64,000 nt of DNA, taken from assembly GCA_963760795.1 (NCBI GenBank), contig CAVXEP010000032.1, forward strand, positions 128,001-192,000, given 5' to 3'. The translations under genes were made by a program, and so were the position numbers. The notes under the pieces are model-generated. The model made no database searches and had not been told where the DNA came from. It saw only the letters and a program-made list of their open reading frames with translations. This DNA is from an uncultured delta proteobacterium (GTDB lineage: Bacteria; Desulfobacterota; Binatia; UBA9968). This document shows positions 17,395 through 28,109 of the stretch, piece by piece (the stretch's first letter is position 1; the number at the start of each line of letters is the position of its first letter).

Positions 17395-18383
17395 GTTCGG
17401 GCTCCGCGCAGGGCGATGCGTTGGTTGTAAACATTCATGGCCGCGGATATCGCCAGGCTGATGGTTAGATAGACGAGCATGATCACGGCGATGCCCTCGA
17501 TGGCCTGGCCGGTCTGATTGATGGTCGTGTTGGCGATGGACACCAGGTCGGGGTAGCCGATGGCGACGGCCAGGGAGCTATTCTTGGTGCAGTTCAAGTA
17601 CTGGCTGGTGACCGGCGGCACGACCACGCGCAGGGCCTGGGGCAGAATAATCAGACGCATGAGCTGGGCTTGGCTCAATCCCTGCGACTGCGCGGCTTCG
17701 TACTGGCCGCGGTCGACGGCGAGGATGCCGGCGCGGACGATCTCGCCGATAAACGCCGCGGTGTAAAGCGTCAGGCCGAGCAGCAGCGCGGCGAATTCCG
17801 GCGACAGCACGACGCCGCCGGAAAAATTGAATCCCGAGAGGCTAGGATACTCCACTTCGAATGGGAGCAGGCTGGCGATCGATGGCACCGCCAGGCCGCG
17901 GTTGCTGAGAAAGAGGCCCGGCAACGGATGCAGTGCCTGGGCCGGCGCCGGCAGGCTTTCGGTGATCACGGCGTACCAAAAAAATAGCTGAACGACCAGA
18001 GGAATATTGCGCAGCAGCTCGACATATCCAGACGCGAGCTTGGCCAACAGCCAGTTGGGCGACAGCCGCGCTAAACCGACGGCGACGCCGATGAAAGTCG
18101 AAAAAACCACGGCGAGAAGCGCTACCCGGAAAGTGTTGAGCAGGCCGACGGTGAGCGCTTTCAGGTAACTATCGGCAGCGCTGAAGGAAATAACAGTGCT
18201 CTCGCCGATCTCGAACCCGGCCTCGCGCAACAGAAAGCCAAAGCCACTGGCGATACGGCGCGCCAGCAGGTTGTCCACCGCATTACGAATGAAATACCAG
18301 CCGACAAGGCAGCCGGCCGCCACCAAGAGGATTTGATAGAGCGCCGCGCGCTGGCGGCTGTCGAGTCGCCGGGCCATTGGCAA
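17391..18383 (-). CDS. aapQ: General L-amino acid ABC transporter permease (AapQ-like)
   Basis: IASGFGFL, VGLLNT, RLSPNWL, YVELLRNIPL and KNSSLAVAIGYPDL motifs. Confidence 0.85.
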   Translation of the reverse strand: MPMARRLDSRQRAALYQILLVAAGCLVGWYFIRNAVDNLLARRIASGFGFLLREAGFEIGESTVISFSAADSYLKALTVGLLNTFRVALLAVVFSTFIGVAVGLARLSPNWLLAKLASGYVELLRNIPLVVQLFFWYAVITESLPAPAQALHPLPGLFLSNRGLAVPSIASLLPFEVEYPSLSGFNFSGGVVLSPEFAALLLGLTLYTAAFIGEIVRAGILAVDRGQYEAAQSQGLSQAQLMRLIILPQALRVVVPPVTSQYLNCTKNSSLAVAIGYPDLVSIANTTINQTGQAIEGIAVIMLVYLTISLAISAAMNVYNQRIALRGART

Positions 18384-18411
18384 TTGCCGCTTTCGCAGTC
18401 GATCGCAGCGC

Positions 18412-19428
18412 CTAGCGCAATGGCGGCGCGTACATGATGCCGCCTTTGTTCCATAGCTTGTTGAGGCCGCGGTCGAGGCCCAGCGGGGTCAGATGGCGCT
18501 CGAAACTTTCGCCGTAGTTACCCACCTGTTTAACGATGTTGTAAGCCCAGCGGTTGTCGACGTTGAGCATCTTGCCGAAATCGCCGGTGGCGCCGACGAA
18601 TCGCTGCACCACCGGGTTAGCGTTTTGCGCTTGCTGGTCGATATTTTTCGAAGTCAGGCCGAGCTCTTCGGCTTCAATCATGGCGAACAGAGTCCACCTG
18701 ACGAGATCGAACCAATGGTCGTCGCCATGACGCACCACCGGACCGAAGGGTTCCTTGGAAATCACCTCCGGCAAGATCACATGATCGGCCGGGTTGGTCG
18801 CCCGCGCCGCGCGCACGGCGACCAATCCTGAGACATCGGTGGTAAAGACATCGCAACGGCCGGTGAAATAGGCGTTCAACACCTCTTCGAGCTTTTCGAT
18901 GACTACCGGCTTGAACTTCATCTTATTGGCGCGGAAGTAGTCGGCCATATTAAGTTCGGTGGTGGTGCCGGGCTGCACGCAGATGGCGGCACCGTTCAAT
19001 TGCTTGGCGCTTTTGATGTTGCGTTTTTTCGTCACCATGAAACCTTGGCCGTCGTAGAAATTGACCCCGACGAAGTTGAGGCCGAGACCGGCGTCGCGCG
19101 CGAAGGTCCAGGTGGTGTTGCGCGAGAGAATATCGACTTCGCCCGACTGCAGGGCGGTGAAGCGCTGCTGGGCGGTGAGCGGCGTGTAGCGGTTCTTTTT
19201 GACGTCGCCGAACAGCGCCGCGGCCACGGCACGGCATAAGTCCACGTCGATGCCGCGCCATTCGCCGTTGCTATCGGGCTGGGCGAAGCCGGCGAGGCCG
19301 GTGTTGACGCCGCACTGAATAAAGCCCTTCTTGAGCGCGCTATCGGCGGTGGGTCCGGCGTGGGCGCTGGCGATGGGCAGGACAAGGAGCAGCACTGCCC
19401 TCGCTAAAGTGGTAATTCCGATGGTCAT
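18412..19428 (-). CDS. aapJ: General L-amino acid ABC transporter substrate-binding protein (AapJ/BztA-like)
   Basis: CGVNTGLAGF, RFTALQSGEVDILSRNTTWT, ISKEP, VGNYGESFERHL and YAPPLR motifs. Confidence 0.9.
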   Translation of the reverse strand: MTIGITTLARAVLLLVLPIASAHAGPTADSALKKGFIQCGVNTGLAGFAQPDSNGEWRGIDVDLCRAVAAALFGDVKKNRYTPLTAQQRFTALQSGEVDILSRNTTWTFARDAGLGLNFVGVNFYDGQGFMVTKKRNIKSAKQLNGAAICVQPGTTTELNMADYFRANKMKFKPVVIEKLEEVLNAYFTGRCDVFTTDVSGLVAVRAARATNPADHVILPEVISKEPFGPVVRHGDDHWFDLVRWTLFAMIEAEELGLTSKNIDQQAQNANPVVQRFVGATGDFGKMLNVDNRWAYNIVKQVGNYGESFERHLTPLGLDRGLNKLWNKGGIMYAPPLR

Positions 19429-19571
19429 GGTCGTCCTTCCTCATGGTGGCGGTGGTTTGAGTCTGTGCGCCGAACTTATTACACTCGGCCAATTGTTGAC
19501 AGCGGTTAGTCTGCGTTTATAGATATTCTTCGGAATGAAAAGCAAGATTTCGGCATGGCGGAGGGACGACA

Positions 19572-20894
19572 ATGACGGATAGCAAGATTGACCGCGGCAA
19601 TACGGCGCAGAGTGCCTATCAGCAATTGCTCGACGACTTGCCGCGCACCGGCCCCGGCACCAAGGGCGGGGCGATGCTGCGACGCTATTGGCACCCGGTC
19701 TGTTTGTCGGCCAACCTGCAAGACATCCCCATCGCGGTGCGGATGCTGAGTGAGGATCTGGTGGTTTTCCGCGATGGCCAGGGGCGGCCCGGTCTGTTAG
19801 GCATTCGTTGCCCCCATCGCTTGGCATCACTGGAGTATGGCCAGGTGCGTGAGGATGGCTTGATGTGCTCCTATCATGGCTGGAGGTACGACGTTACGGG
19901 ACGCTGCATCGACCAGCCGCTGGAGCCTTGCGATAGTAAAGTAAAGGATAACATTCGCCATCTCTGGTATCCGGTCCAAGAATGGCGCGGCGTTGTCTGG
20001 ACCTATATGGGACCGGAGAAAGATAGTCCGCCGCCGCTGCCGCAGATCGACGTGCTGGCGCGCGACGACGGGGTCGTCAAACTCGCCGACGGCGACATTC
20101 GCAATTACAATTATCTCAACTGGATGGAAAACTTCGCCGACATGGGCCATGCGACCGTCCTGCACGGCCTGGTGGTGCGCGATATTCCCGACGAACTGAA
20201 ACCCTATAATGACTACAGCATCAAGAATTGGTCGCCGCTGCCGCTCGAACATGTCGAAACCGATTTCGGCATGAAGACCGTCTCGGTGCTCGACACCGGT
20301 GATCCTCAGGTAAAGTTCGTCAACACCTGGAGCTTGGTGCTGCCGGTGCACTGGCGCTTTTCCGGCATCCGCTCGGGTTTTCCGCCCGACTTTACCGATG
20401 AACGGCAAGAAGGCGGCGGCATGATTCGCATCATCGACGACACGCACTTCGAGCTGATTCGCTACAGCTTGACGCGGAAAGGCAATTTTACCGGCGGCTG
20501 GTTATTCGGCTTGCCGAAGGATCTAAAAGGCACCGCCGAAGAGAAGGCCTACGACAAGCGCCGCTACAAAGGCTGGGAGGGCATCCCAGCGCTGGAAGAT
20601 CTGGTCTTGCAGGAATCCCAGGGCGAGATCCCTGACCGCCGTCTGGAGCATCTGGCGTCGTCGGACCGCGGCGTGATCATGCTCAGGCGCATCTGGCATA
20701 AGGCGATGGCCGATGTGGCCGAAGGGCGCGACCCCAAAGGAGTCGAGCGCGAAGCTAAAGCGATGCTTGAAGTTGACACTTTTCACGGCCATCTGCATGT
20801 CAACGATCTTAAGATCGGGCCGGAAAACCTGCCGACGTCGCGCCATGGCGCCGGGCTGATTCGCGATCAGCATGGCAAGTTGGTCTTCGCCTAG
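19572..20894 (+). CDS. Rieske non-heme iron oxygenase, phthalate-dioxygenase-like alpha subunit
   Basis: GPGT.GG.MLRRYWHP; Rieske motif CPHR...CSYHGW; mononuclear Fe motif ENFADMGH...LH and ED...ESQG. Confidence 0.88.
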   Translation: MTDSKIDRGNTAQSAYQQLLDDLPRTGPGTKGGAMLRRYWHPVCLSANLQDIPIAVRMLSEDLVVFRDGQGRPGLLGIRCPHRLASLEYGQVREDGLMCSYHGWRYDVTGRCIDQPLEPCDSKVKDNIRHLWYPVQEWRGVVWTYMGPEKDSPPPLPQIDVLARDDGVVKLADGDIRNYNYLNWMENFADMGHATVLHGLVVRDIPDELKPYNDYSIKNWSPLPLEHVETDFGMKTVSVLDTGDPQVKFVNTWSLVLPVHWRFSGIRSGFPPDFTDERQEGGGMIRIIDDTHFELIRYSLTRKGNFTGGWLFGLPKDLKGTAEEKAYDKRRYKGWEGIPALEDLVLQESQGEIPDRRLEHLASSDRGVIMLRRIWHKAMADVAEGRDPKGVEREAKAMLEVDTFHGHLHVNDLKIGPENLPTSRHGAGLIRDQHGKLVFA

Positions 20895-20976
20895 CGAGGC
20901 ATACCGCAGCCGATACTCGGATTATCACCCGCAAACGCGCAAAGGCCGCAAAGGTCGGAAAATAACGGGTTAGTTT

Positions 20977-21058
20977 GTAGGATGTAGTGACCGAAGGGAA
21001 CCGCATCGTCGGGAAGTCGCACGCACTCGCTGCGGTTCGCCGACTCACCACACCCTAT
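20977..21058. repeat. GTAG-type REP/REPIN-like palindrome (paralog at 29542-29623 in opposite orientation)
   Basis: gtaggatgtagtgaccgaagggaaccgcatc...gctgcggttcgccgactcaccacacccta; its reverse complement aligns with 29542-29623. Confidence 0.75.
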
Positions 21059-21222
21059 GGGTTTCGCTCTATTGATTATCTGTAAGTGGGCGTAAGGTCA
21101 TGAAAGACTTCATGGTGAAACCATCTTCACAGCAAGCACTGGAATACCCACAATAATTATGCTTTTACTCAGTGTGAAGTTAAATTATCATTAGCAAACA
21201 AAGACTCACGAGTAAGGAGAAT

Positions 21223-21534
21223 TTGCCGATGGATGAAGCAGCCAAGCGCCTGTTTGTCGGAATCAAGATCACCAGGGCGATACAGGAAGACCTGGATAAT
21301 CCGGCTCCCGACGTCAAGCAATATTTCGACGCTAGCAACGATTATTTACAAATCGTCGAATTCGGGGCGGCCAAGTTTATTGGCCGCTATCTCGACGATG
21401 GCTTCCCGGTCACCAATCTTGGCGATATCAGCCGCAACGTCTGCAGCATCGTCAAGCTGATTACCCGCGGCAAGCGCATCGAGGAAAATGACGTGCAGAT
21501 TTATACCTGCTATGCTCCCATGCCGCTATTGTAA
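21223..21534 (+). CDS. Small hypothetical protein
   Basis: About 100-aa ORF with AAGGAGA RBS and globular, protein-like composition; no motif recognised. Confidence 0.65.
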   Translation: MPMDEAAKRLFVGIKITRAIQEDLDNPAPDVKQYFDASNDYLQIVEFGAAKFIGRYLDDGFPVTNLGDISRNVCSIVKLITRGKRIEENDVQIYTCYAPMPLL

Positions 21535-22515
21535 CCCTGCTGCTTTCAAGTATTGCAAGTCGATGAAACGCTCCGCTTGGGGCAGAGGCGACGCCAGTTC
21601 CCCAGCTTCAGCCATCACTTGAATTACCTGGGCAAAGCCTTTGACATCGATCTCGCCCTGTTTGGGCACCACGCCCCGGTCCGGGTCGAAGTAAAGCGCC
21701 AGGGTCTGGCGCGCAATCTCCTCCGATGAGCCGGTGCTGTCGATGACGACGCGGACCACTTCGTCGCGGTTGGCGGGATCGCGCATGTAGCGATAGGCCG
21801 AGGCCAACGCGCGCACGTAGCGGACCAGCGCGTCTTTATTCTTTTCTCCCCATGACCGGCGCACGGCGCTGACAATGAACTGGAAGTTTTTCATCGCGTC
21901 GGTGGAAACGCCGAGGCGGCGATAGCCTTGTTTCATCATTTGAAAATCTTCCGGTTGGCCTAACGGCACGGCGTCGCATTCGCCTTTGCGCAAACAGTCG
22001 GCGCGGGCCGGCGTGCCGACAAGTTCTTTGACCTTGAAGTCCGCTTCTTTGATGCCGTTGAGCGCGATGAGCTTACGGGTTGAAATCGAAATCGTATCGA
22101 CAGCCAGCGACAATCCGATGGTCTTGCCCTTGAGATCGGCGAAGTTATTGATATCCGGCTTGGCGATTAAGCTATAAATTGGTGTCGCGGTCTCGCCCAG
22201 GATTGCGACGTTGTCCGAACCTTTGAGCACGTCTTGAATGAGATAGGGTGTCGCGGTACGGGCGATCTCGACCGTTCCTTTGTTAAGCGCCACGACCATA
22301 TTGGCGGCGCCGCCGTCGATGGGGATCATTTCCAAGCTGATCCCTTCGCGGGCGAACCAGCCCTTGCGCTGGGCGAGATGGAACTGCAACGCCGAAACAG
22401 TCTTGATCGACGACGGAATCTGGCCGTAGCGCAGGGGGATGTTCTGCGCGCTGGCACTGACCGCCAGTGATAGCGCCATTAGGCTTGTCCCAAGCAGCTT
22501 AAGGTTTAACTTCAT
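21526..22515 (-). CDS. NMT1/THI5/SsuA-like ABC substrate-binding protein
   Basis: Signal peptide; AQRKGWFAREGI, FADLKGKTIG and FIDLQYL motifs. Confidence 0.85.
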   Translation of the reverse strand: MKLNLKLLGTSLMALSLAVSASAQNIPLRYGQIPSSIKTVSALQFHLAQRKGWFAREGISLEMIPIDGGAANMVVALNKGTVEIARTATPYLIQDVLKGSDNVAILGETATPIYSLIAKPDINNFADLKGKTIGLSLAVDTISISTRKLIALNGIKEADFKVKELVGTPARADCLRKGECDAVPLGQPEDFQMMKQGYRRLGVSTDAMKNFQFIVSAVRRSWGEKNKDALVRYVRALASAYRYMRDPANRDEVVRVVIDSTGSSEEIARQTLALYFDPDRGVVPKQGEIDVKGFAQVIQVMAEAGELASPLPQAERFIDLQYLKAAGLQ

Positions 22516-22658
22516 CTCTGCCTCCGGTGATCGAGGTTCGGTCCATGAACAGCACCGCTATAGCGCAGTCGCGGGCCGGTTGTCGACGCGCCGGCCGATA
22601 AACACCAAATCGCCCGTAGCTCTGAATCGGCGAGATTTTTCTGCTATAACTGGACGCT

Positions 22659-23384
22659 ATGAAAACTCTTCAAGTGACGCTCTGGCTGTACACCACGGCG
22701 CTGAGCAAGTCCTGGGATTGCGTGCGCAAGAACTGGTTGGTGAGCTGTGCGCCGGTGGCCTATGGCATCATCTTGGCCCTCGCCGGAGTCGTCGCCGGGC
22801 CGCTCGGGATCGTTGGCGGCTTGATCTATTCGTTGGTCAGTTCCGCCTGCGCCAGTTCGGGGCTTTATCTAGTTAAAAACATGGTCGAGAGCGGTAAAAC
22901 CGATATCAACGATTTTCTTAACGGCTTTCTGATCTACTTGGGCGATTTAATCACCTTCTTCTTCATTCTCTGGCTGCCCATGTGGGCGGCGGCCACTGGG
23001 CTCGGCGGTGTGCCCAACGGCTGGTTGATTTATCTATTGCTGCGGCTGGGTTTGTTCATCCTGCTCAATGCCGTCCCAGAAATGATCTACCAAGGGCGTG
23101 TCTCGGGACTGGAGCTGATCGGCGCTAGCTACAGCTTCATCGTCGAGAACTGGATCGAATGGCTGGTGCCGAATTTGATTTTGTTCGCTGCCGGCTATTT
23201 CTTCCTGGATTTTTTTGAGTCGCTGCTTTTCGGTCTACCGGCGCTTGTCCAGTTATTCGTCTCCGCCTTGGTGCTTGGTCTATTGCTCGCTTATTTTATG
23301 ACCTTTCGCGGTTTTCTCTTTAGCCAGCTGTACGGCACCACCCGGCGCACGCGGATCTACCGTTACGACGCCCGCCCCTCGTGA
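22659..23384 (+). CDS. Hypothetical integral membrane protein
   Basis: 241 aa with about six hydrophobic segments, upstream of hisS. Confidence 0.7.
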   Translation: MKTLQVTLWLYTTALSKSWDCVRKNWLVSCAPVAYGIILALAGVVAGPLGIVGGLIYSLVSSACASSGLYLVKNMVESGKTDINDFLNGFLIYLGDLITFFFILWLPMWAAATGLGGVPNGWLIYLLLRLGLFILLNAVPEMIYQGRVSGLELIGASYSFIVENWIEWLVPNLILFAAGYFFLDFFESLLFGLPALVQLFVSALVLGLLLAYFMTFRGFLFSQLYGTTRRTRIYRYDARPS

Positions 23385-23466
23385 TCGAGTGACGTTCCAT
23401 TCGCGGCGCCAACTTGAACTCGTTGAACTCTTATGGTGTCCTGTTGGGACGCTGAAAATCGTCGCT

Positions 23467-24756
23467 ATGAAAATCTCCAGCATAAAGGGCTTCGCCGACA
23501 TCTTCCCCGGCGAGGTGGAGACTTGGCAGTGGGTGGAAGCCCAGGCGCGCCGGGTTTTCAAGGCGTACAATTTCGCCGAAATTCGTATTCCGATCCTCGA
23601 AAAGACCGAGCTGTTCAGCCGTTCCATCGGCGAGACCACGGACATCGTCGAGAAGGAGATGTACAGCTTCGAAGATCGCGATGCCCGCGCGGGAGAGAAC
23701 GCCGAGGGCATCAAGCTGACCTTGCGCCCGGAAGGCACTGCTGGTGTGGTGCGCGCCTACGTCGAAGCCGAGATGTACAAGGTCGAGCCGGTGCGCAAGC
23801 TCTATTACATGGGGCCGATGTTTCGCCGGGAGCGGCCGCAAAAGGGGCGCATGCGCCAGTTCCACCAGATCGGCGCCGAGGCGCTGGGACGGGACGATCC
23901 GTATATCGACGCCGAGATTCTTTTGCTGCTTGCATGATTTTTTCCAGGCGTTGGGCCTGACCGAACCAGCGCTGCAGATCAATTCACTCGGCTGTTCCGA
24001 TTGCCGGCCGCAGTACCGCGCCGTACTTGCTGGCATTCTTGAAGACGCGGCAGGCGGCGCTGTGCGGCAACTGCCGGCGCCGCATCGATCGTAATCCGCT
24101 GCGCGCGCTGGACTGCAAGGAGCCTGGCTGCATCGCGGCCACCCGTGACGCGCCGTCGATCCTCGACAGTCTGTGCGCGCTCTGCCGCGAACATTTTGAC
24201 CACCGTGCAGCGCTTGCTTGTCGGAGACCCAGGTGAAGTTTACCCTCAACCCGCGCATGGTGCGCGGTCTCGATTATTACTGCCGGACCACCTTTGAGTG
24301 GACCACCAAGCTGCTCGGTTCCCAGAGCGCGGTGGCGGCGGGCGGACGTTACGACGGTTTGGTGCAGCAGTTGGGCGGACCGCCGATCCCGGGCGTCGGT
24401 TTCGCCATGGGCGTCGAGCGGCTTGACCATGCTGTTGCGCCTGCACGAGCGCAGCGATGCTCGCGGCCCCGAGATCTATTTCGCCTGGATTGGCGCCCAG
24501 GCGCGCGAATTGGGCGTTTCCCGTGGTGCATAGACTACGCCAGCAGGGCATCGCCGTTGAGATCGAAGCGGAGGCCCGCAGCTTAAAAAGCCAAATGCGC
24601 CGCGCCGATAAACTTAAAGCCGGTTCGGTGGTGATCCTCGGCGACGATGAGCTCGGCAAGGGTCAAGCGGTACTGCGCGACATGAGCAACAAACAACAAG
24701 AAGAAATCCCACTAGACAATCTTGAAGCGACATTGACGGCTAGGAAGGCAAATTGA
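23467..24756 (+). CDS. hisS: Histidine--tRNA ligase (about six apparent +1 frameshifts)
   Basis: [59 protein letters not shown] and [11 protein letters not shown] spread over successive frames; stop overlaps the aspS start. Confidence 0.93.
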
Positions 24757-26558
24757 TGGCGGAGCGAGTTTTTAACGATCAGTTGGGCGACTGGAAGCGC
24801 AGTTGTTATTGCGGCGAACCGCGTGGGTTGTCGGTGGACCAAGAATTAACCTTGGTCGGCTGGGTGCATGGCCGGCGCGATCATGGCGGCGTGATCTTCG
24901 TCGATCTGCGCGACCGCAGCGGTATCTGTCAGATCGTCTTCAATCCGGAGGGCGATGCGGTTTCGCACGAGAAGGCCAAACAGTTGCGCTCGGAAGATGT
25001 CATCGCCGTGCGCGGGATCCTGGCCATGCGTTCGCCGGAAAACATCAATAACGATTTGCCCACCGGCGAAGTGGAGCTGAAGAGCCGCGGTCTCCGCCTG
25101 CTCAACGCCTCACAGGTGCCGCCGTTCATCATCGACGATGAAACCGACGCCAATGAAAACACCCGGCTCAAGTATCGCTACTTGGACCTGCGCCGGCCCC
25201 AGAGTCTGGCGCCGCTGCTCTTGCGCTACCGCATGACCAAGCTGATTCGCGATTATCTCGACGGCTTGGGTTTCATCGACGTCGAGACACCGGTGCTGAC
25301 CAAGAGCACACCGGAGGGGGCGCGCGATTATCTGGTGCCAAGCCGCATCTATCACGGCAAGTTTTACGCCTTGCCGCAGTCGCCCCAGCTGTTCAAGCAA
25401 ATCTTGATGGTCGGCGGCCTCGATCGCTATTTTCAGATCGTCAAATGCTTTCGCGACGAAGATTTGCGCGCCGACCGCCAGCCGGAGTTCACCCAGCTCG
25501 ATATGGAGCTGTCGTTTGTTCAACCGGAAGATGTCATGGATGTTGTCGAGGGTATGGTTTCGCTCTTGTTCAAAGAACTGAAGGGAATCGAACTCACGCG
25601 GCCCTTCGCCAAGCTGACCTATGAAGACGCGATGAATCGCTTCGGCTCGGACAAGCCGGACATGCGCTTCGGCTTGGAGCTCAGCGATTTTACCGCTGCG
25701 CTGCGTAACTGCCAGGCCAAGGTTTTCACCGGCGCGATTCAAAAGGGCGGTGTGGTCAAAGGCATGCGTATCCCCAACGGCGGCGCCCTGTCGCGCAAAG
25801 ATTTGGACGACATGACGCCCTTCGTTGCGACTTTCGGCGCCAAGGGTGTCGCATGGACGAAGATTACCGCGGAGGGTTGGCAGTCGCCCATCGCCAAGTT
25901 TTTGTCCGACGCGGAGCAAAAAGAAGTCGAGAGAATTTGCCAAGCGCAGGTCGGCGATGTCGTGCTGTTTTCCGCCGACAGCGCCAAGGTGGTTCATGAT
26001 TCATTGGGCAACTTGCGCCTGCACCTGGGCGAAAAGCTCGGGCTGATCCCGGCCAAAGATTACGCCCTGGTCTGGGTGGTCGACTTTCCGCTGATGGAAT
26101 ATGACGCCGAGGAGAAACGCTACGTCGCCTTGCATCATCCGTTCACCGCGCCGTTGGACGAAGACATGCACCTGCTCGACAGCGAACCGGCTAAAGCGCG
26201 CTCCAAGGCCTACGACTTGGCGATGAACGGTACCGAGGTCGGCGGTGGCAGCATCCGTATTCATCAAGTCGAGTTACAAAAAAGAGTTCTCAGCCTCATG
26301 GGCATCGACGCCGAAGAGGCGCAGGCCAAGTTCGGTTTCTTGCTCGAAGCGTTGAGCTTTGGCGCGCCGCCCCATGGCGGTATCGCCTTCGGCATCGATC
26401 GCTTGGCGATGCTTTTGAGCGGCGCCAAGTCGTTGCGTGACGTCATCGCCTTCCCGAAAAGCCAGCGAGCCGTCTGTATGCTTACCGAGGCGCCCTCCGA
26501 AGTGGCGCCACGCCAACTGCGTGAGTTGGGCATACGAATCAGCGGTGCCGACAAGTAG
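24756..26558 (+). CDS. aspS: Aspartate--tRNA ligase (RRDHGG, suggesting the non-discriminating type)
   Basis: GWVHGRRDHGGVIFVDLRD, RLKYRYLDLRR, STPEGARDY, LPQSPQLFKQ, CFRDEDLRADRQPEF and PPHGGIAFGIDR motifs. Confidence 0.96.
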   Translation: MAERVFNDQLGDWKRSCYCGEPRGLSVDQELTLVGWVHGRRDHGGVIFVDLRDRSGICQIVFNPEGDAVSHEKAKQLRSEDVIAVRGILAMRSPENINNDLPTGEVELKSRGLRLLNASQVPPFIIDDETDANENTRLKYRYLDLRRPQSLAPLLLRYRMTKLIRDYLDGLGFIDVETPVLTKSTPEGARDYLVPSRIYHGKFYALPQSPQLFKQILMVGGLDRYFQIVKCFRDEDLRADRQPEFTQLDMELSFVQPEDVMDVVEGMVSLLFKELKGIELTRPFAKLTYEDAMNRFGSDKPDMRFGLELSDFTAALRNCQAKVFTGAIQKGGVVKGMRIPNGGALSRKDLDDMTPFVATFGAKGVAWTKITAEGWQSPIAKFLSDAEQKEVERICQAQVGDVVLFSADSAKVVHDSLGNLRLHLGEKLGLIPAKDYALVWVVDFPLMEYDAEEKRYVALHHPFTAPLDEDMHLLDSEPAKARSKAYDLAMNGTEVGGGSIRIHQVELQKRVLSLMGIDAEEAQAKFGFLLEALSFGAPPHGGIAFGIDRLAMLLSGAKSLRDVIAFPKSQRAVCMLTEAPSEVAPRQLRELGIRISGADK

Positions 26559-26649
26559 TTACTATTTTGAGAATTTGAACGTTGTTAGCCGCGCCGGCGC
26601 AAGTTTTTCTTGAGCCGCGGCAGCGCTTCTGTTATTTTCGCTGGCATCC

Positions 26650-27318
26650 ATGTACAAGCCGATTATCCTTGGGCTTCTTTTGCTCGCAACCGGTTCCAGC
26701 TGCGGTATTTTTCCGGAGACCTTGCAAACCAAGCACTCCAGCGATTTGGAAGGTCGGCGGATTCGCCGCATCGCCGTGCTGCCGCCGGCCGTATCTGCGC
26801 CCGCACCGGCACCGAGCGTGCCGTTCGGCGCCGCGCCAGTGGCGCGGACTTCGGAGAAGGAAGCGCCGGAATCCTTGGCGCGTTTCGTTTATGCTGCGCT
26901 GGCGGCGTTGCCCGACTGGCAAGTGGTTTCTGAGAGCGAAGTGCGCGAGGCGGTCGTGAGTGAACCGGCCGGTACTGAGGAGGCTCGGCTCAAACGGGTC
27001 GGCGCGATGGTTTATGCCGATGCCGTGATGATGGCACGGTTGCAGCGTTATCGTGAACGAGTCGGCGACGAGTGGGGCGCCAAGAGCCCGGCGTCGGTGG
27101 CATTTATCCTCGATCTGGTCGATGTTCGGCGCGGTGATATCATCTGGACGGCGCGCTTCGATGAAACCCAAAAATCGCTCAGTGAAAGCATCTTCTCTCT
27201 TGGCGATATCGGCCAGCGCGGCGTGCGCTGGTTGAGCGCCGATCAACTGACCCAGGAAGGCGTCAAAAAAGCCATCGGCCAACTGCACGATATCTTATCG
27301 CGCCGGCCGGCTTCGTGA
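26650..27318 (+). CDS. Putative lipoprotein (GNA1162/CsgG-like fold)
   Basis: Signal peptide ending in GSSC; RRIAVLP, ADAV, and DVRRGDIIW...FDETQ.SLSE pattern. Confidence 0.7.
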   Translation: MYKPIILGLLLLATGSSCGIFPETLQTKHSSDLEGRRIRRIAVLPPAVSAPAPAPSVPFGAAPVARTSEKEAPESLARFVYAALAALPDWQVVSESEVREAVVSEPAGTEEARLKRVGAMVYADAVMMARLQRYRERVGDEWGAKSPASVAFILDLVDVRRGDIIWTARFDETQKSLSESIFSLGDIGQRGVRWLSADQLTQEGVKKAIGQLHDILSRRPAS

Positions 27319-27450
27319 TGCGCGGCAATTTTCACCGCAGAGACGCTATGGCACTATTATCATTCCGAGGCCCTTCGCTTTGCTCAGGATGACACGACTG
27401 GGACTTTTGCGCATAATGACAAAGTCTCGGAGGCGCGGGATTCAGCTAGG

Positions 27451-28071
27451 TTATCTCTTGGCTTTCATAGCGGGATCGCCGTTTGCCAGTTCTGGCGCGA
27501 GCTCTAACGGCTTACCTATTCTCGCGGCGATCTTTTTGCCGGCATCTTCCAGCCGGCGCAGGCTGCCGCGGTCGAGTAGCGCCGCGTCGGCCCCGCTAAT
27601 ATGAATTCGTAAAGCCGGCACGGGAAAACTTTCGGCCGAGGTCGAGCCGCCGATGGCAAAGCCGCTGAATACTTGGTCGATGCTCAGTGTGATATTCTCA
27701 ATCTCGTCGAACGACGCAATGAGTTTGGTCCTGCGGTAAAGACTCTGGCGGCAAAGCTCGAACGACCTTGCGCTGCTATCGAAGACGATGGTGCGGCGCT
27801 GGGTGACTAGAAAAATCGCGATACCGAAAAGCACGAGATTCATCAGTGGGAAATACCACAGGGAACCGGCCGGTCCGACGAAGCCGCGCAGCTGCAGCGC
27901 TTGTAAAATCGGCACACTGACGAATAAGAGAAGCACAGCGATGCCGACACAGAGAAAGGCCGGGAAGCGCGCGCCTTGCCAGCTCAAGCGCAGTCGCTCA
28001 GGGGAGTCTTCAACAATATTGAAGCCCAGGCGATTGCCGATGGCTTCGAACTGACTGGGATCGCCGATCAT
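27451..28071 (-). CDS. Hypothetical membrane protein (two TM segments)
   Basis: 206-aa ORF with two hydrophobic helices, directly downstream of cofH. Confidence 0.65.
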   Translation of the reverse strand: MIGDPSQFEAIGNRLGFNIVEDSPERLRLSWQGARFPAFLCVGIAVLLLFVSVPILQALQLRGFVGPAGSLWYFPLMNLVLFGIAIFLVTQRRTIVFDSSARSFELCRQSLYRRTKLIASFDEIENITLSIDQVFSGFAIGGSTSAESFPVPALRIHISGADAALLDRGSLRRLEDAGKKIAARIGKPLELAPELANGDPAMKAKR

Positions 28072-28109
28072 CGTTAAGAATTTTGCCGCAGTGGCAGGGG
28101 AGTGCGAAC

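Noticed and set aside
23467-24756. Programmed frameshifting or pseudogenisation of hisS (also mutL and miaA)
   Set aside because: No slippery heptamers; extra bases fall at synonymous-allele positions; hisS is essential. An assembly artefact is more likely.
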